Shown: positions 12,604-25,769 of the stretch, in pieces
Position numbering within the stretch: the stretch's first letter is position 1
How the letters are laid out: every line of letters begins with the position of its first letter
Source: Nemertoderma westbladi
Taxonomy: Eukaryota; Animalia; Xenacoelomorpha
Assembly: GCA_032718475.1 (NCBI GenBank)
Contig: JAUCBJ010006632.1
Location: forward strand, 12,596 to 76,595
Direction of reading: 5' to 3'
DNA length: 64,000 nucleotides
Position numbers and translations under genes: made by a program
The notes under the pieces: model-generated
Databases searched by the model: none
Seen by the model: only the letters and a program-made list of their open reading frames with translations
Told to the model about the DNA's origin: nothing

Positions 12604-13965
12604 ATTACTAGCTACTAACTGTTTACTGAAGTCGTCTTGCTTCTCTTGAAGATTTTCCAACTCCAGTTGGATGATCTCTTCAGCCGCTCTCCGTTCTGCT
12701 TCCGCCACTGCTGCCGCTTTTGCCTCTGCCGCTGCCGCTTTTGCCTCTGCCGCTGCCGCTTTTCTTTCTGCCTCTGCCACTGCTGCTATCTTTCTGTCTT
12801 CTATACGTTTTTTCCTTACTTGTTCTTCCTTTTCTCTAGCGATGCGGAGTTGTTCATCGAATTTAGCTTGGTTCGCCGCTAACCTATCCACATCAATTGC
12901 ATCTAACACAAGTTTGGCTCCTTCGCTATTAGGGCTAAGTCCCTCTAGCCTTCTCCTCAACTCTTCATCTCCCAAAGAACGCTGATAGTCTGACAGATAG
13001 ATGTCAATGGCATCCTTCTTATGCGGTTTCTCTGCCGTCGCTTCACTTTCCACTTGGGAAAAAGTAGCGTCCGTCGATTCTCCATGGGTTGAGCGCTCCT
13101 CCAACTGAGCTTTCCACTGAGCTGCTCCTTGAACCTGGCGTCTCACCCTTTGAAACCAAGTCTTTACGGCAACTTGCAACGACGTGTCTTGTCTTCTTTT
13201 AGAAGCCTCCTCAAAGGCTGATAAGATTAGCCTAATTCGCAGAATTCTTTCTCTAACTTGATAAAGCAGTTGTCCCTGCTCTTGAGGTCCTTGAGGTTGT
13301 TTAAACAGTTGTTTTTCTACTCGCTCCATAGAGCTGAAGAATCCTTGTGCGTATCCGGCTGCGGACCTCTTCCATACAGCTGGATCGATGGTTTCCTTGG
13401 CTACTCCCATCCGGTGTATGTCTTCCCAGGCAGCTTCTGATAAATCAAACGGGAGTCCGGGTCCGGGGAAGTTCCATTGCGACTCGACAATAGACGTCAG
13501 TTCTTCCCTCGTGTATCCCGCATAACTATCTCTAGTTGATCGTTGACTTCTCGCCCAATCGATCTGGTGTTCTTCCACCGCGATCAATAACCTAGTGAGT
13601 ACGGCTGCAGGAAGGATGAGAAGGGGATCCGTATAAACCGCATCCGTCATCTCTGCTCCGCGCTCGGGTGTCAGCTCTACAGTATCCTCACTACTGGAGC
13701 TGTTGGGCCGCTGAGGAATAAGTTCTTGACTCGCGGGTTGTTGCTGTTCCGCTGCTTCTTGGTCCCGCTTGACCTGAGCTCGGGTGCCTATGATAGACCT
13801 ACGATGTTGGACTAGCCTAGGTTCTGTTATTACTACTGGAGGGATGACCTTTCTCACAGTGGGAGGTGAACTGAACTTACGACTCGACGGTTCTATATCT
13901 CTATCTGAGTCGCAGATAGTTACATCTAATAAACTGTCTGACAGGTTCTGCTTAGTATCAGACAT
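12604..13965 (-). CDS. gag: B gag N-terminal part (coiled-coil, AEAKAAA repeats)
   Basis: 473-aa ORF that runs into the MITE TIR; in frame with 7722-11762 after MITE removal. Confidence 0.85.
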
Positions 13966-15309
13966 GTTTGTATGTACAGTTGAATGCCTACTGCTATATT
14001 ACAGTCTAAGCAAGTCTAGTAATTCAGTATTAACTGCTAGCCTAGTAATTAACTACCGATACTGCTACTCAGTGCAGCGTGATATATATAATATATTAGA
14101 ATACCGGTATGCTTATAGTATATATAAGTATTATTACAGACTATGTTTATCACAGAATACCGGTATAATTTTAGCACAAATATATATAAATATATAATAG
14201 GCCTATCGGGAATACCGGTATACAGCTTACAGTTTGTAGTATATATAATTCTGGACTAGAATTAATTACAAGTACCGGTATAATTTCAGCCTAAATTTAT
14301 AGAAATAAAGATAATAGGCCTATCGTAAATACCGGTATATCAATTATTTTAAATAATTGAATTTCTGAACTTTAAGGGTTACTTGGTTACTCTACTTACT
14401 TTATTACCGTTATTTGAGCAGTAGTCCAACTGATATTGAGACCTAATGGTTATATGGTAGGCCTACTATTTATAAATCGTTAGATTTGATTTATAATATA
14501 TATATACCCGTTTTAATGGGTTTTGTCAATGTTTGAAATAAATGTTATTATTTCTGGGGAGTAATCACTACACAAAGCGGTGCGCTTTCAGTGAAGTGTT
14601 ACTTATAGGACACTAAAACAAATAATGCTAATTTACCTAAGTTACTTAATACTACAAATTACGTACAATTCGGGTGAGATTACAATCTCTAAATAAACAC
14701 AAAAATTTACAAAAAACACAAAATACGAATTTTTAGGGTAATTTTACAAGAAGTCTACAAACCAGCCTAACAAAGGGTTAGAAATCTGGTTATTACAACG
14801 GACAGGGTACTACGGTATTTGAAAATAATAAGTAGTAGTGAATACACTGCGCTGTCCAGATAGGAAAATACCACCGCCTGACGACCTATAGCCGTATCGC
14901 TATAGGTTCTACGTTATGTATCACGGAGTGTTCCTACCTAGAAGTTAATAGAGCTAATCGAACATGCCTATCAACCACTTTACAACACAAATATAATGCC
15001 TACACTAATTACTTTCGGAAAGCACTGTACACTAAACCCTAAATTAGGTACGAGTACTTGTACAACAGATAATCAGTAGTTAAATATACTTGAACAGTTA
15101 AAAGAACCACGGCATCTGCTGGAGTAACCGGTGCACAAAATCACCAGTCTTTACCTACGCCTAGCAGCCCGTGTAGTACCGGGGTTAGTTTAACTATAAC
15201 GGTATGTACAACAAACACAATTACTGTAGGAACAAACTTGGGGAATGAATGTTGTGAATAATCGCATAAACTCTGAATAATAAATATTACGCAACGCGTA
15301 CAAACTACT

Positions 15310-15865
15310 CAAACAAAATGCAGACCAAATACCGACAGACTACCATCAAGCCTAAACAAACTACGGTATATGCAGACTCCGAAATGATTAGGTAGTATGC
15401 GTTCTAACCCAGTAGTACGACTTATTCTTTAGCTGGGGGTTTACCTTATAGCATTTGGCTGCCCCTACTTCCTAACCGTACTTAATCGGACAGGTGCTCT
15501 ACACACACTACAATCCGTTCAGACCTAATAACAGCCAGACAATTATCCAGCCTACAAATTATCTAAATAAATATTATACGCTACCTGTACAGACTTACAC
15601 AAACAAAGTACAGACCAAACGATGGCAGACTACTATCAAGCCTAAATAAACTACAGGACATGCAGACTCCGAAATGATTAGGTAGTATGCGTTCTAACCC
15701 AGTAGTACGACTTATTCTTTAGCTGGGGGTTTACCTTACAGCATTTGGCTGCCCCTACTTCCTAACCGTACTCAATCGGACAGGTGCTCTACACACACTG
15801 CAATCCGATCAGGCCTAACAGCAATCAGACAACAGCTCAGCCTACAAATTGTCTGTACAATCTGA
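15310..15865. repeat. Tandem duplication with 290-bp period in the B 5' leader
   Basis: tgcagactccgaaatgattagg.. at 15371 and 15661, near-identical over >170 bp. Confidence 0.9.
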
Positions 15866-16029
15866 TCAGGCTTACACGCCTTCTGTTCAATACTGGCCTA
15901 CAAACAAATAAAACTTGACAGAAATAAGTAAAAATCTCAATAAAAAACCAGGGCTGCAGTCCCTGATTAATTATTAAGGCCTACCGGTATATAACTATCA
16001 AAATCGAATAATACTGCTGTACTTATACG

Positions 16030-16180
16030 GAAGTACCGGTTAGGACAGTTGGGCCTACGGACCTACAGAAGTACTGGTTCTGGCAGTTGGACCTACGGGC
16101 CTATGGCAGTACCGGTTCTGGCAGTTGGGCCTACTGACCTACAGATGTACCGTTCAGGTTTACCGGTTGTCCGGTACTTT
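16030..16180. repeat. ~38-bp degenerate tandem repeat (gtaccggttctggcagttgggcctac) in the B leader
   Basis: About 3 copies visible. Confidence 0.75.
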
Positions 16181-16211
16181 CAACTTTATTGCTTACTGCA
16201 ATAAAGAAGCA

Positions 16212-16222
16212 ATATCCTTTAA
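16212..16222 (-). promoter_or_regulatory. Non-tRNA primer-binding site of B (TTAAAGGATAT), complementary to LTR segment 16966-16976
   Basis: Abuts the 5' LTR end; no TGG; perfect 11-nt inverted repeat with the LTR interior. Confidence 0.75.
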
Positions 16223-17416
16223 TGTTCGCGCTTTCAGACCTTTGGCAGTTTAACCCGCCAAATTAGGATGTCTTCTAGATATTAAATGGCCTTTTAGCCT
16301 ATGACAAGTATTTGATTCACTACACTAGTCGAAACCAATCTGTGCGCGATCATTCACCCGCTGGTTATACCCGGGAGATTGGGTTCGACGGCTTAATCTT
16401 ATTGCTATGTAAGCCTAATGTATTATTCGACTGACAGTATTATATAATCTCTGACAATATTATTCACCTTCGGGGAATATTAACAGTTCCTTTAGGACGT
16501 GGCGCTCTATCTATATAAACAGAGTTATGACTTAAACTACTCACAACGATATGGTTTAGTTATAATTCACATATATGGCGCATTCTTTAGGAAATGCTTC
16601 TTTAACAGACTCACTCATATACAATGCTGCACAATACTGCACACTAATCTGCCGATCTTCACTGATTTTAGTCACATATAAAAGGAACACAGACTGACTC
16701 ATGTAGGGTCTATCAAATAACATTCGATTCACTTCAAACCACTTTAACATAAGTCACAATCGTTTATCTGTAACCCTTCTCTCTTACCTTCGGTATATCA
16801 AGAATATTGGGTTTCGGGGTTATTTATCGTTATTCCAAATATAATAATTCATCAACCATATTATGAATAACTGACAGTAAATAGCAGTATAAAACAACAA
16901 CTGAACACTGATTGTTATGAGTTTGCAATGTTTCAGCAGTTTGTATGGTCAGATCAGGTCAGCAGTTAAAGGATATATGTCCTTATAATTAAACCTACTA
17001 GTGTTGGGCTAAAAAGCAGAAAAGCACAAAACACTACAAAGCCGTTCTTTCGTGGCTTTGAAACTCGTGACTACTACTCTATACGAGGATACCAACTACA
17101 CTTATTCCACGAAGCTCCCGTTCAACACAGAGAAAGAGCAGTGAGATAGGAAAAATTCAGTTCAGTAGCTCTGTGATAGGTCAAAATCAAGGCTAACTCA
17201 AATTCTATTGGGAGATACAAAAACAGGGCTATGACGCAACCTTCCTAGGCTGGTTGGCCGATTAAACAGAGCCCAGATACCTGCGTACAGCAAATCAGCC
17301 AATAAGCTGGTAGCTTGCACTATTTTAACTATAGATCCCTTTTTGAGTATTCTAGCGACCGGGGGGGAACTGGCCAGCAAAGCAAACGAACCAGTTATCC
17401 CACAAAAGCTTTTACA
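16223..17416 (-). repeat. 5' LTR of element B (1194 bp)
   Basis: Direct repeat of 807-2000; lies upstream of gag on the minus strand. Confidence 0.96.
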
Positions 17417-17421
17417 AACAT

Positions 17422-20312
17422 CAAACGGTATATATACATGGACAACAATTTAAAGTCCCTCCCATCGGTGGAAGAAGCCATTGATGTTGCTAAGGGAACG
17501 GTAGAGTGCTTGAAACGCGGTGGATTTAGACTAACCAAATTCACAAGAAACTCCCGTGAGTTTCTGGAATAGATCCCGGTGGAAGATCAAGGTGTTAAAG
17601 ATCTGGACCTTATCAAGGACGATCTTCCGAAAACCAAGACGCTTGGTTTGAAATGGGACACAGAGAGAGATATCCTGTTTTTCCAGCTAAAACGGCGAGA
17701 TAATCCAGTTTGAACTAAACGGATTTGTCTAAGTATCCTGAGCACTTATTTCGATCCATTGCGATTTATTAGCCCCGTTATATTGGTTGCTCGGAGATTA
17801 GTACAACAAATGTGGCTTGAAAACCACTCGTGGGACGATCCACTTAAGGGAGAACTACTAAAGAAGTGGATGAAATGGGAAGATTCTCTACCATCCATCG
17901 AGAACTTAACGATTTCCTGTTCATATTTTGGTCACGTTCTCCCCACATATTCCTAACAACTCCATGTGTTTGGAGACGCCAGCGATATGGGAATAGGTAT
18001 AGTAGCCTACCTGAGAGTTGAAACTCCGGTTGGAATTAAAGTTGCCTTGGTTACCTCTAAGGCCTTGATAAACAACAAACTACGAGTTCCTCGAGTGGAG
18101 TTGAAGGCGGCTCTATACGCTGAAGCCATCGGCCGGAATGTAACAGAACAGATCGACTATCCACTGGAGAAAACTGTCTATTGGACCGATGCTTTACTCG
18201 TTTTGGAGTATATAACCAATGAAGTCTGTCAGTTCAGCGTCTTTGTTACCAACAGAGTAGCCATTATACTTAGTCGCACTAATGTAGATCAATGGAGACA
18301 TTGCCCTGGGACGATTAATCCAGCCGACATCGCCCCCAGAGGAGCGACTCCCCAAGAACTGATAGATACTCCAGACTGGTTAGGTGGACCCGACTTCCTA
18401 AGTAAAGAAGAAGATGAATGGCATCCTCATCTTACCACGGCTGAGATTAGACAAGCCAAGGGACCAGAAAATGTCAAACCTAAAACCCGGGCAAGTAAAT
18501 TAAAGTTATTCAAACCCGTGATAGATCTGTCTGTACTACACATTTCTGGGGACGATGCTGTGGATCTCAACTCACCCGCCACCAATAAATCTGTTGTAGA
18601 AATCAGAGAAAGAGACTAGAAATCTGGAACACCAGACGTCTCGCAGGGACTCTCACCTCTCCTACAGAGAGCGATAAATCACTATAGTTCCTGGAATAGG
18701 CTTTGTAAGGCCGTCGTGTATTTAAAGCGATGCTTCCATCATTACTACTCCATGACAAAGATCGCTAGTGATACCGCTCCACTGACATCCGAGCAGGTCC
18801 ATGCTATTAAAGATCTTCCCAAATACAAAGTATCAGAGAGGTTTCTGACGGAGAAGATCAGTTACCAGGAGCATGAAGAAACCAATAAGCAGATGCTGAG
18901 ACTCCTACAATTCTATAAAGATTCCAATAAGTATTTCCTGTTGTTGAGAAATCCACAGACGCGCTTAAGGGATCGGATCGTTCTCTAGCACAATGATAGA
19001 TGGGATAATACGTGTTGGAGGGAGACTAACTAATGCTCCAGTATCCTTTGACACTAAGTTCCCCATACTCATTAGAAATCTTGAAATACAAATCAAGATG
19101 ATTGGAGATGTTCACAGTAGGCTTTACCATGCTGGTAGAGAACGAGTTCTTAGCGAAATTCGAACTTGCTATTATTTTCATAAACCCCGTAGAGCTCTCA
19201 ACCAAGTTCTTAGGAACTGTATACCCTGTAGGAAAGCATTTAGTAGGCCTTTAACACAGCGAGAGGCAGAATTACCTAGGGAACGAGTAAGCTTTTATGA
19301 ACCACCCTTTACTAATACCGGTGTGGATTTATTTGGCCCTATTGAAGTATATCGTGCTAGGACTATAGTCAAGCGATGGTGTGTCATCTTTGTCTGTATG
19401 ACTTGTAGAGCGATCCATCTAGATATGGTGAATGATCTATCTACCAACAGTTTCATACTGAGTTTACGCCGACAGATTGCTCGCTTTGGAACTAGCAACA
19501 CGCTGAGATCTGATAAGGGAACGAACTTCATTGGCGCCAATAATGAGATCAACGCTTACGTTAGAGATTGGAACCAAAGACAGGTGGACGATCAGCTAAG
19601 GGTAACAGCATCAACGCCGCCGATGCCCCTTGGTGGGGAGGAAGTTGGGAGAGATTGATAAGGAGCGTGAAGACCGCATTTCACTTTATAGTGCCTTGCC
19701 GCGCGTATCTCACCGATGAACTTTTTGCGGACGTTAATGGAGGAAATCGCTGCCTATCTTAACGAGAGACCGCTTATGCCAGTCTCATCCAGTCCCGACT
19801 CCCTAGAAGCGCTAACACCCGCGCATTTCTTACTGAAGAAACCTGTCGCCATGCTCCCACGATCGGAAATTACAGACGGAGACAAATACTGCCGACAAAC
19901 TTGGCAGCTTATGCAGTTGTTATCCCGTCGTTTTGCTGACTATTTCGAAAAACATTATCTGCCTATGCTACAACTTCGAACCAAATGGTTTGCGCAGCAG
20001 GAAAACGTCAGCGCCGGAGACATGGTACTTATTGTGGACTCAGATCTTTCACGTAAGCGGTGGCAGACAGGTCGTATAATCGAGACTCATCTGTCCGATG
20101 ATGGTTTAGTGCGATCGGTAGAACTCGTCGTCATGCGAAGTAACTTTAAGAAACCTGGAATTGTGTTCGAGACACAGCAACTCAACCGCCCAGTTGGTCG
20201 TTTATGTTTACTGGAAAGAGACAGAGTACTCTCCGGAAACTATGGAAGGCAAGATACTCCTCCCACGACCACCTCCCTAATCCAACAAACATCTAGGGAC
20301 TCCCCAACGTAA
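17422..20312 (+). pseudogene. pol: Element A pol continuation (RT C-terminus, RNase H, integrase) with several stops and frameshifts
   Basis: YMDN (vs YMDD in B), FGDAS, WRHCPGTINPAD, TGVDLFGP, SDKGTNF, WWGGSWER across several broken ORFs. Confidence 0.93.
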
Positions 20313-22018
20313 CAACGTACAGAGTGGGTGTGTGACTATACTATTTTATTTTATTTTTTTTTTTTTTATATTTATATATGTATTATTATGTAATTTTATT
20401 ATAATCGTTTTCTTTAATTTTATTTAGTAGAATGTTATTTTAGCGATTATTTAGTAGATTAGTGCAAAATATATATTCGTGTTTATTACTTAATACTTAT
20501 ATTATATATTTAGTTTAACTTTTAAAGCTTTAAAGCTTTCCTTACTGTCCGTATCATATTATAAATACGTGACTACAGTAAGATGAAATGTCCGTACTTA
20601 TTAAAGTACAATAAAACTCCTACTATATTCAAGTATTATTGGTAAGTACAGTATTAGGAATGCAAAGTTCAGATCCTCGTGTCTCGGCTAAACCAAGCTC
20701 TGGGTAGACCTTGGAAACGACTTGCCTCTTCTCACTGACATTGCTTCTTGCAATATTGCTCTCATACCGTATATTAAATAATACATATAGTAGCGTAATG
20801 TCCCTTTAACAGTAGCGTACAACGCAAAATAAATCTGTTAAACCCTTTGACCATCTGTAATTCTAGTCGATTAAGATATCGCAGCACCCACCGATATACT
20901 TGAAAGACAAAATTCTAGAATCAGTGGTTAACGTCCCCAGACAAGTTCTGGAATAAATTGGTGCCCATCTTAAATATTAATTATTTAATATTTACGAAAT
21001 CTATTTAGTCAAATACAATAGCGTAAACGCTAAGAAATTAAATCTAGAAAATCTACAAATTTAAATCTGTTACAATTTCGATCCTCTAAAAATTCTAGTC
21101 GATTAAGATATCGCAGCACTTACCGATACTCTTAAAAGACAAAGTTCTTCAAATTAAGGATCCTAGTCCCCAGACATGTTTGTTCTGGAATAAAATTTTT
21201 TTTTCTTTTTTAATATTAAATAATAAAATTTACAGGAATAAATTTAAATTCATATCCTCTCATGAATTTGATAAATTGTCATTTTATACAATTTATAACA
21301 TTCCCAAAATTACATTAATTAATAGATCATGGGAGCGGAGATTCACCCTATTAAGTATATTAGTGCACAAGAATCTCCAACATATAGTCAATAGCCGATA
21401 AAATTCGTAAAATCGTGTATAAAGGGGAATATTGACAATTAAAGAATTACTATAAAATAGCATCCCAGATCTGTATGCATGAGAATTACACTAATTCTAC
21501 TGCTATCTTTCCATAATGTCACCATAGCAACAACCACGTTAGAATTAGAAGCGAGTTAAAAGAACAATAGAAAGCTTGCCCCATTGAATAGCATACGGAA
21601 TAAATAGCACACTGCTAGTATCCAGGGATACATAATAATAACGTGGCATTCTGGAAGGCACTTGACTAACAGACAAATGGCCCGAATGTGTACAATTTGT
21701 GACAGTTGTGTGGAATTTGTGCGTTTATAGGTGAATGTTACTACTAAAGTGTGTTTACAGTAGCGAGTCGCAGTTGTGAAAGTTGCCCTACCTCTGTAGC
21801 AAGAACCTGAAGTAAATCTAAGCCCTTGGGACGGACAGTGGAGTGACTCGCGCTGGTTATTGTTGTCGTTGTATAGCTACTACGTTGGCGAGAGGCGCAG
21901 CAACGACAGTACATCAGCGCAGAGGATCTTGCCCTGCCGGGGGCATTGAGGGGTAGGCAGCGATGACCGCTAGCCTAATTATAATTAATTATAATATTGA
22001 TAAACTCATATAGCAGCT

Positions 22019-25000
22019 ATGACTGAGTTGATAGAAGATGATCTTGGTATCAGGGAGCGATATACCCTACCGTTGCAAGCGTTTGTTGATAGCTTAATAT
22101 GCGGCGACGATAGTCCCACTACTACGGAGGACGATGGCCGTTATATCGAACCGCCAATGTCGAAGGAACAACTCACGCGTGAATTGGACTATAGAAAATT
22201 CACCGCTCGCTATACACATCGTAATGGTACGTATATGGTCATCCTATCGATTTACACGATACGGACGATGTAGACACCGAAAGGGAAATGGTTCTATTTA
22301 AGTATCATACCCAGCGGAGTCGGAAAGATAAACCGAGAATCGAACACAAGAATTCTATTCGAAACCGACTCGAAAGAGAAGACGTTGAAGAGCCGGATAA
22401 ACGCAGTGACTTCAACGAATATCTGGAATTTTTGAGAGAAACATATCTCAATATTGCCAGTCAACAAAATCTAGAAACTCGATATCCTCAAGGTATACAT
22501 CATGACCCTATGATAGAACTCAAACGGCTCTATTTCACTATGATGTACCTTACCGCCGATCGACCGCTACCTGTTGTCCCGGATAGCTTCGAACAGATGG
22601 AGGAAATTGTAAAACTGGAGAACGATCACCCGCGTTTCCCCTACAGGACGTGCGTCTTTGGTATTATTGCGATGAATGCCCTAGACCCAACCAGCAAACG
22701 GAAAGACATAAACATCCGCGGAGACGTTGCACTAAACACAGTTTTACTCGCTATACTTACGGGAGTTTCGAGCGAAACTTGTTCGACGTATCACCCACGC
22801 TCGCTCGACTCAAACGATCCTTAAATAAACCCATGATCAGAGTTCCGGAATACTCGGTTAGACCTCCTCACTCCCTAGTAAGACCTCAAACTCTTGATCC
22901 TAATAGTATCACGGATCCTCCTGAACTGTATTCACTGTTCAAAGGTCTTGTGTTACCCGAACAATTAATCGGTGGCACTCCGGTAGTGGGCTCTCTAGAT
23001 ATTCGCCCATCCTACCTAGCCGGATTGGGACGCGGACATCTAATATCGCCGTTCAACCCATACAATCGTCCCGGTTTAACCCCGATACAACCCGTCACCA
23101 AAGTCAAGGAGAGCGTTATACGAAATGCGTTAGACTCTATTCGGCAGAAGATCGGAAAAGGAACTTACGATTGTTTAGAGAAACACAAATTGCAGCAACA
23201 AGTCCAAGCAGTGAAGGAGTTGGCCTTACCCCAGTTCGATCAAGAAATCAAGAACCTCGAGGAAGACATCGAACTTGGAGAAACCTATTCTCTACAAGAG
23301 TTTTTAAATGAACGCTTACAACGACAAGCGGAGGAAAATCAGCTCGAGGAGAAACACATCGAAATGGATGAGAGAGAAGAAGCAGCTTTAACCCAACCAG
23401 AAGCTCAAATCCTTATGACTGATCTCTATTCCAAAACCATCATTCATCCCTCAATGGTTCCCAATTTCGGAGACAAACTCTTCGCAACGGTACAACCCCA
23501 ACTGGTTGATATCAACCTAAGATCCCGAGATCTTATCGCTGACGCTCCTATGTTACAGTGTCTGCCAATCGAGGCCGCTTGTGTCGACGGTATACTCGTT
23601 GAACCTCCGGACAATCGAGCGGATCTTGTCCGTCGTATGGTACACGAGGTCAACATACGCGCTAGACCTTTACCAAACTCGTTTTATGGGATCAAAGACC
23701 ACCCTTATTATGTCAATCTAACTCAATATTATATGGTAAAACCTGAAGATCCGACACATAGTCTAAGGTTTCTACCACTAATAAATCCTCTCAACCTTGT
23801 CGAACTCGAACAATTGCAGAAACATCTGGATCAGTTAGTAAAAGTAAACTCATTCAGAAAACCCTACAATGTTTCCAGAATAGAGAAGGATATAACGACT
23901 CCATATAATCTCGATGGATTTATTAAAACTCGATTAGTCCATTGGAATCTCGACGTATTATTCGAGGAAGAGAGAATACAAAGATATGGAGATGTAGAGA
24001 CGTATACTATACAGTATGTGGCGAATGCGCCACCTTGTGGCATCCGGTGGGGATTACCCTAGAGAACGCCACTAAAGAGTGGAACAAAACTCTTAACATT
24101 ATCGAAATGTACGGAGTTGTCACTTATGATAACGAAGGTAGCGTTCCGGTCGGAGAACTGGGAACTACGCGCATGATACATATACGAGGACTATCTGGTT
24201 CTACCCACGTGTTTACTCGAGCGTGTTCCAACATGATTGATTATTCTTTTGAGACTCTCACCGAGATACAAAAGAAACTCCGACATGGACAATTCGAACT
24301 CGTGCAGCGTTACGTCACCAACACCGAGCGCAAACCGGCCATGGGTATTGATGGATTGATGTTACCCCAGCCCGTGCCGAGATGTTGTTTAACAAAAGAA
24401 TCCTTAAAATCGGCTCAGCTGTTTATGGAGATCTCCAAAACGACTTCAGGAACATGGAGAATATCCCATATCCTTTCGTAGATATCCAGCTGATTGCTCC
24501 CTGGGCAGAAGGCCGAGGTTTCTTTCGAACTATGTATGCCAATACACCCAGCGGCATCAATAAAGTACAACGAACCTCCATCGGACATCTTGCTTTTCAA
24601 GAATACGGATGGAATTTCAAAGTCAGAAACCCTATCAACTATCAACAAGTATATGGAGATCATTATTCTCGATTATACTTCGACGGACCATTGACCGCAC
24701 CTAGCGTCGTGTATAGCTTCATGAGCGTTCCACTTCGTCCCTCATTAGCTATATACACTATCTTCGAAAACGCCGCACTTGTCGGTTGGCTAGCCGATGT
24801 GTGCAGTCGTACTATACGCGCCCATCCCTTGATACTTGGAACTAAACTCGCCAAGCTAGATAAACACAATAAATTCATCCGCTTTGAATGTTTTAGGCGA
24901 TTCCTGACTCCGTTCCATAACGTTGATAGTCAGTTCAAGGACCGCGCTCTGACCAAGCTCAGCCAAAGAGACTCAGCTGCTGAGAAGTTAGACAGCGCTG

Positions 25001-25743
25001 GATTCGCCATTTTCAAAGACATTTGTATACAGAACTTACATTCCTCTGTTATACAAAGACCTCGAATCCCCATGGGTTATTCTATCGTGGAAGTTCAGAC
25101 ACTGGGTTCGCTTGAGGAGACAGCTACGCCTACCTCAGCTATGCAATTGGAAGACGAACCAATATGCTTAGAAACCGAGGAGATTCAGCCCACAGCGCCC
25201 CGGAGCAGAGACAACGACTACGTCTTGGAATGGTATCAAGGTCCACAATGTCTCACTGCGTACGATTATCAACATGCCAATTATGTTTCTAGGAAACGTT
25301 GCCGATTGTGCGCATCTTGAGACCATTTCACCCCGGAGTACTCCAACGTGCCCTGCTCCTACTTCCATGAACAGCCTATGATGGAGATCTATTGTGCATA
25401 TTGTAGACTCAATGACTTGCACATTTTCGCAGTCTGCCCCCAATTTATGACTCAATGCCATCATTGTCAGTTTAAAGGACATGCAAGTTTTGATTGCCCT
25501 TTCAATCGCGATCTGGAAAGCGTAGATGAAATGATTACCCTACGCTATATCCGAGCCTGGGAAGCAAACACAGATTTACATTGTGAGTCACGTCATCGCT
25601 ATTACCCTGGACGTGCCTACGAAGGGGTTTATGCATTCCACCCGTACCTATTCGCGTCCGTGGAACAAAAATCTTGCACGCCGAGTTACGAACTAATGAA
25701 GCGTGTTGGCGAGAATATTTCGACCAAATTTGTTCATAAATAA
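22019..25743 (+). pseudogene. Element A accessory ORF3: novel N-domain, DEDDy-type 3'-5' exonuclease and 3 CCHC knuckles (frameshifted)
   Basis: YDNEG (24124), LKIGSAVYGDL, FVDIQ, SIGHLAFQEYGWNFK, YTIFE; CRLCAS.DH..C, CAYCRLNDLHIFAVC, CHHCQFKGHASFDC; collinear with C 39677-43392. Confidence 0.82.
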
Positions 25744-25769
25744 ACTTATTAGGTTATGGGTTATGTATG

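Larger units (their letters stand above)
807..17416 (-). mobile_element. BEL/Pao LTR retrotransposon B (two LTRs, defective), same family as A, inserted antisense into A
   Basis: Two 1194-bp TG..CA LTRs, 5-bp TSD, minus-strand gag-PR-RT-RH-IN order. Confidence 0.96.
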
